Positions 1-10,459 of a stretch of DNA of 64,000 nucleotides are shown piece by piece. Under the pieces are notes generated by a model. It did no database searches and had not been told where the DNA came from. It worked only from the letters and a program-made list of their open reading frames with translations. Made by a program: the position numbers and the translations under genes. Numbering within the stretch: position 1 is the first letter of the stretch; every line of letters begins with the position of its first letter. The DNA comes from an uncultured cyanobacterium (GTDB lineage: Bacteria; Cyanobacteriota; Cyanobacteriia; Phormidesmidales; Phormidesmidaceae): NCBI GenBank assembly GCA_963793265.1, contig CAWBZI010000001.1, positions 1,376,001-1,440,000 on the forward strand, read 5' to 3'.

Positions 1-374
1 TGCTGCGCGATCGCCATCGACTGCGCTTTGGAGTAGCACGCATTTAGCAGCACGCATTCCACACTCGGACAAAGCTGAAAAAGCTTCGCTAAAGTCTTAC
101 CCTGCACCAGCGTTGAGTGGCCCGCTTCATTCTCAAAAACCAGACCCTGCTGGCCCGTACCGTGCCCCGAAAAATGAACAATCTGAGGCTGATGCTTGAG
201 CAGCGATCGCCGCAAATCATCTGGCCTTACGGCCCACTGCGAAATCACCTCAAACTGCTCACGCCCTTCTGAGAGCGCGAGCCCCTCCTGAATCTCACGC
301 ACTTCTTCAGGCAATCGAAGCTGAGCCGTATTAGAGGGATTCGCCGCCAGGATTAGAATTTTCGTAGCAGCCAT
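1..374 (-). CDS. CHAT (caspase-like) domain protein, 5' part; continues beyond window start
   Basis: Manual translation from ATG at 374 (not in ORF track): MAATKILILAANP...QIVHFSGHG...VLLNACYS; His (HFSGHG) and Cys (LNAC) dyad motifs; open to position 1. Confidence 0.9.
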   Translation of the reverse strand, partial: MAATKILILAANPSNTAQLRLPEEVREIQEGLALSEGREQFEVISQWAVRPDDLRRSLLKHQPQIVHFSGHGTGQQGLVFENEAGHSTLVQGKTLAKLFQLCPSVECVLLNACYSKAQSMAIAQ

Positions 375-499
375 CACGGTTACCTACGTTTAGCTATCCG
401 CAGAGCAATCATACCGGCTTATTTTGCGACTTCTCTTCCAGATTAGGTAAGATCACGGAAAAAAGTATTAAGAATTGAGATACGCTCGTCCAAACGGGT

Positions 500-1075
500 C
501 TAATCAGCAACTAGCTCACCATTCACTTCATTAATGGGACGCCGCTTCAGCTCTACCGATTCAGTACGGGGCAGCAGGTTAAAAACTTCGCGCATTTTGT
601 CATCGATCTTTTCGTAAGGCACCTGCCCAATCTCGTTGAACACCATTTCACCGTTTTCATCGAATACAACAACCTGCGGCACAGAGCCCTTGAAGTAGTA
701 GCCAGGTTCGTTTTCTTCGTAGCTGTCTTTCACTGGGATGGAGTCGGCAGCGATCGCAATAAAATTAGCCTCCCGACCATATGGAGCCTGAAGCTGCGAA
801 ACCACCGAAGAAAACAGTTTGCTATCTCGGCTGTCGTCTACATAGAAAACCAACAGCGTCGGTTTCTGCTGTGCAAAAGACTGCGCCAGCGAAAATCTTG
901 GCGGCACAATCGAGCCGTTGCCCGCATACAGCGCGTAAATATTACCATCGTAATTATCGTCGTTCAGCTCAGCTAAGGCAGGCCCGCCACCTATGCCCAG
1001 ACTTGCAACAATCAATAGTCCAACAAATATCACGCTTACGGTCAGCCGTAGGTTTCTGAAAAGTGTAGCCAGCAT
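500..1075 (-). CDS. Thioredoxin-fold thylakoid protein (PSI accumulation factor-like)
   Basis: Signal/TM segment then DDNYDGNIYALYAGNGSIVPP, LVFYVDDSRDSK and C-terminal LKRRPINEVN typical of this cyanobacterial family; ORF open to 1102. Confidence 0.7.
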   Translation of the reverse strand: MLATLFRNLRLTVSVIFVGLLIVASLGIGGGPALAELNDDNYDGNIYALYAGNGSIVPPRFSLAQSFAQQKPTLLVFYVDDSRDSKLFSSVVSQLQAPYGREANFIAIAADSIPVKDSYEENEPGYYFKGSVPQVVVFDENGEMVFNEIGQVPYEKIDDKMREVFNLLPRTESVELKRRPINEVNGELVAD

Positions 1076-1155
1076 AAGTCTCTTAAGTAATTCTCTAAAC
1101 AAATGTTGAAAGGGATTAGACGTATCGTCCCAAACTCCGTGCGCCCGAATGAGAG

Positions 1156-1764
1156 CTATGTTCCTCGAAAGCTATCCACTACTCTTTTTAAAGTTTCCTC
1201 ATTCTCTTGATAGCTCGATTCGGTTGTCCAGCCTACGACCTGATAGTACTTCTCGCGGCCTTTAATCGTCGTATGCAGGTACACTACCGGCTGATTGTCT
1301 ACGGTGCCTCTAATCTCATACTGCACCGCCGGGTTGCCGTTCAGCGAACTCAGGCCCGTGCGCGTTTCACCCTCATATCTATCCAACTCTCTTTGAATCA
1401 GCCAGCGATACTGCTCTGCATTATTCTCTAGATCGAACTGATTGAGCACCGCGTCGCTCTCAGAGAGCACCTTTGTATAGAGCCCCCTCGGTGGATAGGT
1501 CGCATAGATATCCGCGCTTCGCCGCAGCCCGCCTTTCTCGGCGACCCATCCACTCGGCACCGTTATTCTGACGTTGGTAGCCTCGTTTTCAAGATCAGAA
1601 GGCACGTCAATGTTTTCAGACCGGCTTACGCTGCCGATGGTTCGAGCGCGATCGCAGCTACTCACCCCTCCACTGACCAGCACAAAAATCAGCAATCCTT
1701 TCGCTAAACCAGAGACAGATAAACCAGGGGCAAGTAGATTACGAACAGAGCAATTGGGGCGCAT
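1156..1764 (-). CDS. Putative lipoprotein, PsbP/DcrB-like fold
   Basis: Lipobox-like VSSC; ITVPSGW...LNGNPAVQYE...VVDSFR pattern. Confidence 0.5.
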   Translation of the reverse strand: MRPNCSVRNLLAPGLSVSGLAKGLLIFVLVSGGVSSCDRARTIGSVSRSENIDVPSDLENEATNVRITVPSGWVAEKGGLRRSADIYATYPPRGLYTKVLSESDAVLNQFDLENNAEQYRWLIQRELDRYEGETRTGLSSLNGNPAVQYEIRGTVDNQPVVYLHTTIKGREKYYQVVGWTTESSYQENEETLKRVVDSFRGT

Positions 1765-1931
1765 CGTCTGAAATAGTGGGGGCTAAAGCACTGGGTCTAG
1801 AGCGCGACGCCAGCAAGTTAGCCAAAGCATAGCAGAGCGGTGATAGAGACAGCCGACATATTCCCCCCTCGCGGATTGCTATATGCTGTAGGTAGCTTAA
1901 TATCAGTGCCTATCAAACGCCACCTAACCCT

Positions 1932-3023
1932 ATGCTCAGAGCCGGAATTGTTGGACTGCCCAACGTCGGAAAATCAACCCTATTTAACGCAGTCGTCGCC
2001 AATGCAAAAGCTCAGGCCGCAAACTTTCCGTTTTGCACTATTGAGCCAAATGTAGGCATCGTAGCGGTTCCTGATGAGCGCTTGCAGGTGCTTGCAAAAA
2101 TTTCGGAATCCAAAGAAATTTTGCCTGCGCGAGTTGAGTTCGTAGATATTGCAGGCTTGGTAAAAGGCGCAAGCCAGGGTGAGGGCTTAGGCAACCAGTT
2201 TTTGGCCAATATTCGCGAAGTTGATGCCATTATTCATGTCGTCCGCTGCTTTGAAAACGATGACATTATCCACGTCTCAGGCTCTATTGGCCCGCTGCGC
2301 GACATCGAAGTCATCAATTTAGAGCTGGCACTATCGGATCTATCTCAAATAGAGAAGCGAATGGATCGCATTCGTAAGCAGGCACGCAATAGTGCAGAGG
2401 CCCAAACAGAGCTGGAGATATTAGAAAAGATTCAGCCTGTGCTAGACGAAGGTCAGGCGGCTCGCACCGTTGAGCTAGACGAGGAAGAAGCGCTGATTAT
2501 CAAGCCTTTGGGTTTGCTGACGCGCAAGCCAGTTATCTATGCGGCCAACGTGTCTGAAGATGACTTAGCACAAGGGAATAGCTGGGTAGAGGAAGTTCGC
2601 GCTCATGCCGAGAAGGAAAACGCTCAGGTGGTAGTTGTTTCAGCGCAGGTAGAAGCTGAGCTGCTAGAAATTCCTGAAGAGGAACGCGGCGACTTTTTAG
2701 AGGCCCTTGGCGTTGAAGAAGGTGGCTTGCAGTCTTTGATTAGAGCGACTTATGACCTATTAGGGCTGCGGACTTACTTCACAACTGGCCCTGAAGAAAC
2801 CAGAGCCTGGACGATTAAAGCAGGAATGCTCGCGCCCCAGGCCGCAGGTGTGATTCACACGGACTTCGAGCGCGGCTTTATTCGAGCTGAAACCGTGGGC
2901 TATAACGATTTGGTCACCAACGGATCGATGGGAGCCGCGAAGGAAAAGGGGCTGGTGCGCAGTGAAGGAAAGGAGTACACGGTTAAAGAAGGCGATGTGA
3001 TGCTCTTCCGGTTTAATGTGTAG
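1932..3023 (+). CDS. ychF: Redox-regulated ATPase YchF
   Basis: GIVGLPNVGKST, ANFPFCTIEPN, DIAGLVKGAS, C-terminal TGS domain ending FRFNV. Confidence 0.98.
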   Translation: MLRAGIVGLPNVGKSTLFNAVVANAKAQAANFPFCTIEPNVGIVAVPDERLQVLAKISESKEILPARVEFVDIAGLVKGASQGEGLGNQFLANIREVDAIIHVVRCFENDDIIHVSGSIGPLRDIEVINLELALSDLSQIEKRMDRIRKQARNSAEAQTELEILEKIQPVLDEGQAARTVELDEEEALIIKPLGLLTRKPVIYAANVSEDDLAQGNSWVEEVRAHAEKENAQVVVVSAQVEAELLEIPEEERGDFLEALGVEEGGLQSLIRATYDLLGLRTYFTTGPEETRAWTIKAGMLAPQAAGVIHTDFERGFIRAETVGYNDLVTNGSMGAAKEKGLVRSEGKEYTVKEGDVMLFRFNV

Positions 3024-3053
3024 GGGAGAGTGAGTTGTGAGGCCAAATATCCC

Positions 3054-3147
3054 GGAGCCCTCACCCTAAATCCCTCTCCCGGTGGGAGAGGGACTTCAGA
3101 TTTGGCTCCCTTCTCCCACCGGGAGAAGGGTTGGGGATGAGGGCTTC
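3054..3147. repeat. REP/REPIN-like palindromic element
   Basis: Outer IR GAGCCCTCA...TGAGGGCTT enclosing hairpins TCCCTCTCCC-GGT-GGGAGAGGGA and CCCTTCTCCC-ACC-GGGAGAAGGG. Confidence 0.8.
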
Positions 3148-3186
3148 TGCGTATTAATGCTAGGGACACACTTTGACCGCTAGCGC

Positions 3187-3903
3187 CTAATTATCCATAA
3201 CCACAAACGATTTCGTTAGCCCTAGCACCTGCTCGCTGTCGATTTGCTTGTTTGGAAACAGCCGCTTGAGCTGCGATCGCCTCAGCAACCTGACGCTATC
3301 AAACTCCTCATAGAAAATCCGCTTAAGCGAGTTAGAGCGCCAGGAAAACAGCGCGTAGTTGAGCGAAAGAAAAGCCAGCCTGCGATAGAGCGATCGCGGC
3401 AGCCAGTGAATAAACAGCGCCACAAAATGGGGCTCCATCGGGAACCAGTGATTCGGCGTTTGGATATAAACTCGCTTGCCCACGCGATCGCACTCTTGAG
3501 CAAACCTGGCCGTACTGGTCTCATCGCCCACATGCTCAATCACCGAATTAGAAAAGGTAAGATCAAAGCTCTTATCGGCAAACGGAATGTCGCAGCCATT
3601 CCCGACCATCGCTTTGTAGGACACCGAATCAGTCCCACCATCGCAAACGCCGCCGTCGCCTGCTTCAAAGCGATCCACATCGTTCTCTACATTGAGCAGT
3701 ACGAGTTCTTTGGGCACTACGCCGTAGTGTTCTTTGAGCAAATTCCAAATCGCCGGACGCCCGCCCACGTCTAGCACGCGGTAGCTAGCTAAGTCTGGAT
3801 AGGCCCTTACCAGCATCGCCAGCCGCCTTTTACGAAACTTAGCCATTGCTGGGGTGATGACTTGATCCCAAGAAATTTTTTCTAGAAAAGCAGGTAGACG
3901 CAT
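3187..3903 (-). CDS. Class I SAM-dependent methyltransferase
   Basis: VLDVGG motif I, IPFADKSFDLTFSNSVIEHVG, QTPNHWFPMEPH; likely start MRLPA at 3903. Confidence 0.85.
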   Translation of the reverse strand: MRLPAFLEKISWDQVITPAMAKFRKRRLAMLVRAYPDLASYRVLDVGGRPAIWNLLKEHYGVVPKELVLLNVENDVDRFEAGDGGVCDGGTDSVSYKAMVGNGCDIPFADKSFDLTFSNSVIEHVGDETSTARFAQECDRVGKRVYIQTPNHWFPMEPHFVALFIHWLPRSLYRRLAFLSLNYALFSWRSNSLKRIFYEEFDSVRLLRRSQLKRLFPNKQIDSEQVLGLTKSFVVMDN

Positions 3904-4191
3904 AGTGATAGAGGTTAGGCAATAAAGATAACCCGTAAGTAAGGCACAATTACTTACTCCTACAAAGAGCACCGATAGCAGGCGGATGTTCCCTTAATAG
4001 GCCGAAACCGCCATCTTTGACGCGTAAAAGGGGGTTAAAAAGTAGGTGTGTCCTGTTATGCCAGCGTCCATGTATTCCTACGGAAACTTCATAAAAAGGC
4101 TAGGCAGGGCGCTCAGATACGATTAAAATCTGCCATAGTCGCACCGCAAGCGAATTACACCGCAAGCGTTTCCTTTTAAGCATTTTCATGA

Positions 4192-5040
4192 ATGGCCTCC
4201 GTGGTTAACTGGTTCACAAAGATTCCGAATTGGGCAGCGCTCTCTTTAGTAATGAACGGGCTGCTGTTTGCCACGTTGCTTGCCGTTAGCCAGGAAGAGA
4301 CGACTTCTACCGATCTATGGCAGTCGGATCTAACCCCCGCTGTCAATACCACGATGGCAGAAGCCGCTATTACAGATGCGGTGCTGGACTTACCTAAAGT
4401 TGAAACCGGGCGCAAGCTCACCTACCAGGATCACGTATCGCATCTGGGCGATCGCGCCAGAGCCGTTGCCGCGCAAAACCCCGAACACCTCACCGTTTTA
4501 CTCGGTGACTCGCTCAGCCTGTGGTTTCCTGGCGAACTCATGCCAGGAGAAAGGGCCTGGATCAACCAGAGCATCTCAGGCGAAAAAACCAAGGGACTGC
4601 TCAACCGCTTAGATCTGATTGAAAAAAATAAAATCGAAGCCATCTTTGTGATGATTGGCATCAACGATTTGATCTGGGGCCAGACAGACAAAGAAATTAT
4701 TGAGAACTACAAAAAAATCGTCGAGCAGCTTAAGGCCAAGCACCCGACGACTCAGATTGTGGTGCAGTCGATATTGCCGCACGGGGGCGAAAACTCAACT
4801 TGGGAGAGCCGCGATAAGCTACTGGCGCTGCCGAGCGATCGCATCGTCGCTATGAACAGTGCGCTCAAAGAAATTGCCGATGACAACGACGCCTACTATC
4901 TAGACCTCTATCCTATTTTTGTTACGGGCAACGGTCAGCTCCGGTCTGATTTGACGACTGACGGTTTGCATTTGAACCGGGAAGGATATCTGGTTTGGCG
5001 AAGTGCGATCGCGCTATACGCACAGCTAGAGCTTCAGTAA
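4192..5040 (+). CDS. SGNH/GDSL-family hydrolase with N-terminal TM
   Basis: GDSLS, GIND and DGLHLN blocks. Confidence 0.9.
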   Translation: MASVVNWFTKIPNWAALSLVMNGLLFATLLAVSQEETTSTDLWQSDLTPAVNTTMAEAAITDAVLDLPKVETGRKLTYQDHVSHLGDRARAVAAQNPEHLTVLLGDSLSLWFPGELMPGERAWINQSISGEKTKGLLNRLDLIEKNKIEAIFVMIGINDLIWGQTDKEIIENYKKIVEQLKAKHPTTQIVVQSILPHGGENSTWESRDKLLALPSDRIVAMNSALKEIADDNDAYYLDLYPIFVTGNGQLRSDLTTDGLHLNREGYLVWRSAIALYAQLELQ

Positions 5041-5108
5041 GGGCCACACGCTGGCGATGCGATAAACTTGAGACTATAGAAATCTCGCATTCCTATCTTG
5101 AGTAATCC

Positions 5109-6356
5109 ATGGATACCAAAGCCTTTAAGCGCGCCCTTAACCACTCCGAAAACTACTACCGCAATCAGGGCTTTGGCCAAAAAGAAGACGTTGCCGGGCA
5201 GATGCGCTCCGAATACGAAAGTAGCCTTATTCAAACTATCCGCAACAACAACAATCTGCTTACCCAGGGCGAAGTCACCATTCACCTGGCCGAATCATTC
5301 GGCTTTTGCTGGGGCGTAGAGCGTGCGGTGGCCATGGCCTACGAAGCAAGGCAGCACTTCCCCGACCAGAAAATTTGGATTACCAACGAAATTATCCATA
5401 ACCCCGAAGTCAACCAGCAGCTCAAGGCGATGAACGTCGCGTTTATTGAGCTGATCGGGAAAGAGAAGGACTTCTCAGGCGTCGGACAGGGCGATGTGGT
5501 GATTCTGCCAGCCTTTGGTGCGAGTGTGCAAGAGATGAAGCTGCTTCACGATAAGGGCTGCGTCATTGTAGACACCACCTGTCCCTGGGTGTCTAAGGTG
5601 TGGAACACCGTTGAAAAGCATAAAAAAAGAGAGTTCACCTCGATTATCCACGGCAAGTACAAGCACGAAGAAACGGTGGCGACTAGCTCATTTGCAGGGA
5701 CTTATCTGGTTGTGCTGAACCTGGATGAGGCTGAGTACGTGGCTCGCTATATTTTGGCAGGGGGCGATCGCACCGAGTTCCTCACCAAGTTTGCCAACGC
5801 TCACTCCGAAGGCTTCGACCCCGACAAAGATCTCGCGGCAGTCGGCATCGCCAATCAAACCACCATGCTCAAAGGCGAAACCGAACAAATCGGCAAACTC
5901 TTCGAGCGCACCATGCTCAAAAAGCACGGGCCCCAGGCGATTAACGACCACTTCCATAGCTTTAACACCATTTGCGATGCCACCCAAGAACGGCAGGACG
6001 CGATGTTTGAGCTAGTGGAGGCGGACGTAGATCTAATAGTCGTTATCGGCGGCTTCAACTCCTCTAATACAACCCACCTGCAAGAGATTGCCGTAGAGCG
6101 CCAGATTCCGTCTTTTCATATAGATAGCGCTGCGCGAGTGGGGCCGGGTAACCGCATTGAGCATCGACCGTTGCATAGTCAGCAAATGAGTCAGCCAGTG
6201 GATGATGAAGGGGTGGCGATCGCAACTAACTGGCTCCCTGCTGGCAACATTTCAGTCGGCGTCACCTCAGGAGCCTCAACCCCTGACAAAGCCGTTCAGG
6301 AAGTGATTGAAAAAATCTTTGCGATTAAGTCTCAGGTGCCTGCTGGCGTAGCTTAA
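5109..6356 (+). CDS. ispH: 4-hydroxy-3-methylbut-2-enyl diphosphate reductase
   Basis: [27 protein letters not shown] (Fe-S Cys), GASTP. Confidence 0.97.
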   Translation: MDTKAFKRALNHSENYYRNQGFGQKEDVAGQMRSEYESSLIQTIRNNNNLLTQGEVTIHLAESFGFCWGVERAVAMAYEARQHFPDQKIWITNEIIHNPEVNQQLKAMNVAFIELIGKEKDFSGVGQGDVVILPAFGASVQEMKLLHDKGCVIVDTTCPWVSKVWNTVEKHKKREFTSIIHGKYKHEETVATSSFAGTYLVVLNLDEAEYVARYILAGGDRTEFLTKFANAHSEGFDPDKDLAAVGIANQTTMLKGETEQIGKLFERTMLKKHGPQAINDHFHSFNTICDATQERQDAMFELVEADVDLIVVIGGFNSSNTTHLQEIAVERQIPSFHIDSAARVGPGNRIEHRPLHSQQMSQPVDDEGVAIATNWLPAGNISVGVTSGASTPDKAVQEVIEKIFAIKSQVPAGVA

Positions 6357-6525
6357 TCACCGATAGCAGCCTATTCGCTATAGATAGCCCGCTACAGGTA
6401 TCTCTCAGTGCATAGCTGTCTTTCGATAATGACAAAAATGTAATCAAGGGCTACATCTTCAGACGCACAGAGATATCGCAACCTTTTTCTAAGGTTAAGG
6501 AAGTTTCAAAGGAACAACCTTACAT

Positions 6526-6999
6526 ATGAAAAACCAGTTCACCAGAATCGCTAAAATCGGCAGCGCGGCTGCACTATCAGTGCTATCGCTTTCTGTCGTC
6601 GCCTGCTCGCCTGCTGTAGAAGATGTCAGCACTGATGCCGACGTGCCCACCGATCAAGCAGCCGTACCCGATGGCGCAGAAGCTGGCGACGGTGACGATC
6701 CTGATATCGCTGGCCTCGTTGGTGAAACGGTCACTATCAGCACAAAGGTAACTGAAGTAATTTCGCCTAATTTATTTACCGCCTTTGATGAAGAGTCAAT
6801 GCGCGGTGAAGAAGTGCTAATCGCCACCGATTTGCCAACGCCTGAAGTCGGCCAAAATATTGAAGTCACGGGCGATGTCATGGAAATGACCGATACCGCT
6901 GTTAAAGAGGCTTACAACGTAGACATCGATCCTGCGCTTGTAGAAGCTTACGTTGGCAAGCCATACATCGCAGCTAAGGCAATTGAAGCCGTTGACTAA
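6526..6999 (+). CDS. Acidic lipoprotein, unknown function
   Basis: Signal peptide with lipobox VVAC; AAGGA RBS upstream. Confidence 0.7.
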   Translation: MKNQFTRIAKIGSAAALSVLSLSVVACSPAVEDVSTDADVPTDQAAVPDGAEAGDGDDPDIAGLVGETVTISTKVTEVISPNLFTAFDEESMRGEEVLIATDLPTPEVGQNIEVTGDVMEMTDTAVKEAYNVDIDPALVEAYVGKPYIAAKAIEAVD

Positions 7000-7055
7000 C
7001 TGCTTGCTTTAGCCCAAACAGCGTATCTTTTGTACGCCGTTGATGCCTATCTTGA

Positions 7056-7097
7056 GCCCCCTCTAGCCCATGTAAAGTAACGGCTAGAGGGGGTTTT
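7056..7097 (+). terminator. Intrinsic terminator-like hairpin
   Basis: CCCCCTCTAGCC...GGCTAGAGGGGG then TTTT, between convergent genes. Confidence 0.7.
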
Positions 7098-7104
7098 ATG
7101 CTAC

Positions 7105-7138
7105 TTGATGCTAGAGGAAGCAACCCTTCTAGCATCAA
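7105..7138. terminator. Second hairpin between convergent genes
   Basis: TTGATGCTAGA...TCTAGCATCAA inverted repeat. Confidence 0.5.
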
Positions 7139-7235
7139 TGAATTCCAACTGGCGAGGCAAACAGCAACACCCAGCAGCAAGCTAGTCCTAGCGCGATGCC
7201 GACAGAGATAATACTCATCAAGAAATACCTAACGA

Positions 7236-8717
7236 CTATCTAGGGCCATCGTACGGCAGGCGCTGCCAGTCAGGATCAACTTCCATCAGCCAGTCCTCAC
7301 CCACCCGAATCGTAATATCCGAATCGATATCGCCTGTCGAATCGTACACGACTTGACCAATATCTACCGTCTCTTTAACTGAGCGCGCACTGCCAATATC
7401 GCCACGCTGAGCCACCACCGACGTTTGACGATTCACAGTGGCCCAGTCGCGCACCACGTACACATTATAAAAGCCCAAATCTCTGAGATATTCGGCCATT
7501 GAGTAGCTGGCATACTGGTCGTCAGTCGCATTTTGCACTGCAATCTTCAGGGCGCTCAAGGCTCTAGCAGAAGGCGGCTCGTAGTAGTTGATGCCCTGGC
7601 CTTCATCAGCAACCAGCTCAGCGGCAGAGCGCGTGTTGAAATAAGTTCGCATCAAGTCGCTGCTAGCAGATCTATCTGATAGCCAGTAGCTAGCGCTGTA
7701 TTCTTCAGGATCGCTAAAGCGCCCAGGCAGCATCACCATATGCAGATCTTTGCTGTCTAGATTCAGGCCGAAACCCGCCAAGGCTAGCAGCTCCTCTACG
7801 CTCAAGTTCGTATCAATATGGCTTTGCAACACGCGAATAATCTGCGGCAGCTTAGGCAGCATCGCGGGTGTCGCCAACCGCTTGCGCAGCGCCTTTAGTA
7901 AGACCTGCTGCCTTTGCACTCGGCCAATATCACCGTATGAGTCTTGGCGGAAGCGAGCAAACTGCTCGGCCTCATCGCCATTTAACACCTGCAACCCAGG
8001 CTGCAAGTCAATCACCAGCCCCTGCGTTTTGTCCTCATACTCCATGGCTTTTGGCACCATCACCTCAACGCCACCCACCAAATCGACAATCTTCTTAAAA
8101 GCCGCCGTGCTTACGCGTACATAGCGATCAATTTTGACATTATCAAAGTTGTGCATCACTGTTTGAGCTGCCAGCTCAGCGCCGCCCTCAAAGTTAGCCT
8201 CGTTAATTTTCTCGATGCCATAGCCCGGAATCTCAACCCGCGTATCGCGAGGAATCGACATCACATTGACGGCTTTTTCTTCGGGGTCAACGCGAGCGAG
8301 CAGCATGGTGTCCGTACGGCCTACCAAATCACCAGGCTTAGCCCCTTCTACGTCATGCGCTTCGTCTAGCCCCATCACTAATATATTGACGGGACGAGAA
8401 ACTTGATAGCGAAAGCCAGAGCGCCACAGGTCAGTCAGCGGCGGTGCTACTGTTTCATCACCAGCTGGCCGAGGAAGTGGAAAGGTAATAACCGCAAGGG
8501 TGCCTAAGCCAGCCGTTATCAGCGCAGTAGAGCCGAACAATATCGACCAAAAGGTGCCCTGAACCAACTTACGTAGGCCGCTGCGCTTCTTAGCTGTCGG
8601 GGTTAAAGACGTTTTTGTAGAGTTTGTAGAGATAGGGGGGAGCTTTTTTCGGCTAGGCAGGCGAGATGACGCTTCAGGATAAGAATTTGCCTCTTGATCA
8701 TTAGGCTGAATAGTCAT
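7236..8717 (-). CDS. LCP (LytR-CpsA-Psr) family protein with LytR C-terminal domain
   Basis: TM, NILVMGLD, RTDTMLL, SIPRDT, RFRQDSYGDIGRVQRQQ, DSDITIRVGEDW. Confidence 0.93.
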   Translation of the reverse strand: MTIQPNDQEANSYPEASSRLPSRKKLPPISTNSTKTSLTPTAKKRSGLRKLVQGTFWSILFGSTALITAGLGTLAVITFPLPRPAGDETVAPPLTDLWRSGFRYQVSRPVNILVMGLDEAHDVEGAKPGDLVGRTDTMLLARVDPEEKAVNVMSIPRDTRVEIPGYGIEKINEANFEGGAELAAQTVMHNFDNVKIDRYVRVSTAAFKKIVDLVGGVEVMVPKAMEYEDKTQGLVIDLQPGLQVLNGDEAEQFARFRQDSYGDIGRVQRQQVLLKALRKRLATPAMLPKLPQIIRVLQSHIDTNLSVEELLALAGFGLNLDSKDLHMVMLPGRFSDPEEYSASYWLSDRSASSDLMRTYFNTRSAAELVADEGQGINYYEPPSARALSALKIAVQNATDDQYASYSMAEYLRDLGFYNVYVVRDWATVNRQTSVVAQRGDIGSARSVKETVDIGQVVYDSTGDIDSDITIRVGEDWLMEVDPDWQRLPYDGPR

Positions 8718-9076
8718 TACGGGGCGATCGCAGGGATAAATGTGGGCAAATATTTTCGCACTAGCCTGATGAAGCTACCAAAGATCAGTAGAGGCAGGCG
8801 TAATCTTCGAGACACTTTGAGAAAAATCTGAGGATAGATGACGCCTGATATACAAACGAGTAAAGAGGCTGCACGAAAAATTTACCAGAACTGTTGATCT
8901 CAAACTATGCGTGAATTTACGACTCACAGCCGTTCAGATCACGACGTTTCTAGAAAATTGTGCAAACTTTTGCAAGTTTGTGTTTTGTTAATCAATTGTT
9001 AAGAGAATTGTAGCCTGTAATCTTCCGGTCAGGGGTAGGATAAACCGGAATCTTGGATGGCACAGTAGTATTTGTT

Positions 9077-10147
9077 ATGGCGCGTTTTATCCCCATTATT
9101 TTGGCTGGCGGCAAGGGCGAGCGCTTTTGGCCTGTCAGCAGGCTGAAGCGGCCTAAGCAGTTTCTGTGCCTAGACGGCGGCGAGCGATCGCTCTTACAGT
9201 CCACGGCCGATCGCCTGCTGCCGATGGCTGATTGGGCATCGCTTTTTGTCATTACCGCATCGCATTTGGCCGAGGGCGTCCGCGAGCAGCTTCCAGAGAT
9301 TCCTACTGAAAACATATTGGTAGAGCCTCAGGGCCGTGATACTGCCCCAGCCGTGGCCTGGGCAACATTAGAAGTGGCTAAACGCTTTGGCGAAGACGCA
9401 GTTTGCGGGTTTTTCCCTGCCGATCACTACATCACCGATGAAGCGCGCTATCGAGATACGCTAAAAGCAGCGGCTGCGCTAGCGGTGGAGGAAGGGGCGA
9501 TCGCAACCCTTGGCATTACCCCCACTTTTCCCTCTACCGGCTACGGCTACATCGAACAAGGCAACGAAGCAGGCACCTTCAGCGCAGGCACCGTGACCGA
9601 TCTGCCTGCCTATAAGGTCAGCCGCTTTGCCGAAAAACCTGATAAGGCGACTGCCGAAGCCTTCCTTGCCAGCGGCAGATATAGCTGGAACAGCGGCATG
9701 TTTATCTTTCCAGCCGCCGTCATGATCGCAGAGCTGAAGACCCACGCCCCCGAGATGACCTATGCGCTACTCGAAAAAGGTGCAGATGCCTACGCAACGC
9801 TAAAAAAGCTCAGCATTGACTATGCGGTGATGGAAAAAACGGATCGGGCCTACGTGGTACCAGCTAACTTTGGCTGGGATGATTTGGGCGATTGGAATGC
9901 CATTGAACGGCTGCTTAAAGGCGATGCGGACAATGTAGAGCTGTGTCAGCACGTCGGTATCGATAGCCACGGCAGCATTTTGTATAGCGCTGATCCCGCA
10001 GAAGTGATTGTCACGATTGGGCTAGAGGATGTAGTAGTGGTGCGCGATGGCAACGCTACTCTGATCGTGAAAAAAGACCGTACGCAGGAAATTAAGCAGG
10101 CGGTGAAGTCTTTAGGTCAGGAAGATAAATTCCAGCACATGCTGTAA
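9077..10147 (+). CDS. manC: Mannose-1-phosphate guanylyltransferase (GMP domain only)
   Basis: ILAGGKGERFWPVSR..PKQF, EPQGRDTAPA, EKPD, WNSGMF, GWDDLGDW. Confidence 0.93.
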   Translation: MARFIPIILAGGKGERFWPVSRLKRPKQFLCLDGGERSLLQSTADRLLPMADWASLFVITASHLAEGVREQLPEIPTENILVEPQGRDTAPAVAWATLEVAKRFGEDAVCGFFPADHYITDEARYRDTLKAAAALAVEEGAIATLGITPTFPSTGYGYIEQGNEAGTFSAGTVTDLPAYKVSRFAEKPDKATAEAFLASGRYSWNSGMFIFPAAVMIAELKTHAPEMTYALLEKGADAYATLKKLSIDYAVMEKTDRAYVVPANFGWDDLGDWNAIERLLKGDADNVELCQHVGIDSHGSILYSADPAEVIVTIGLEDVVVVRDGNATLIVKKDRTQEIKQAVKSLGQEDKFQHML

Positions 10148-10237
10148 ACGGCTTAACACACCCCTTAAACAAACTAGGCAAGGCTCTGAATCTAGCATTC
10201 TAGGCGCAGCCAGCTTAAAAACTTAAAATACATAGCG

Positions 10238-10290
10238 AAAGCCTTGTGCACTTAAAGACTCAGCTTACGAGTCAGGTGCGCAGGGCTTTT
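10238..10290 (+). terminator. Long hairpin terminator
   Basis: AAAGCCTTGTGCACTT...AGGTGCGCAGGGCTTTT with inner GACTC/GAGTC stem. Confidence 0.65.
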
Positions 10291-10459
10291 GTACGTGGGC
10301 ACATCTATGCCGATTTATACGGAGGTATCGGCTAGGATTTACGGTAGATTTGGGTATGTTTACGGAATCTTTTTGTACAAATTGGATATGCTGTAAACTT
10401 TTCTAAGCAACGAAGGCGACTGTCTTTACTAAATTTTCATCCTCATTCTGCAAAATACA

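Noticed and set aside
2900..3169. 89-aa ORF with PHPQPFSRWEKG
   Set aside because: Translation of the palindromic repeat, antisense to ychF
3244..3774. Long antisense/alternate-frame ORFs (also 45278-45760, 60977-62002 and others)
   Set aside because: Shadows of well-supported genes on the opposite strand
6440..6454. Possible NtcA box upstream of the lipoprotein gene
   Set aside because: GTA-N9-TAC; wrong spacing
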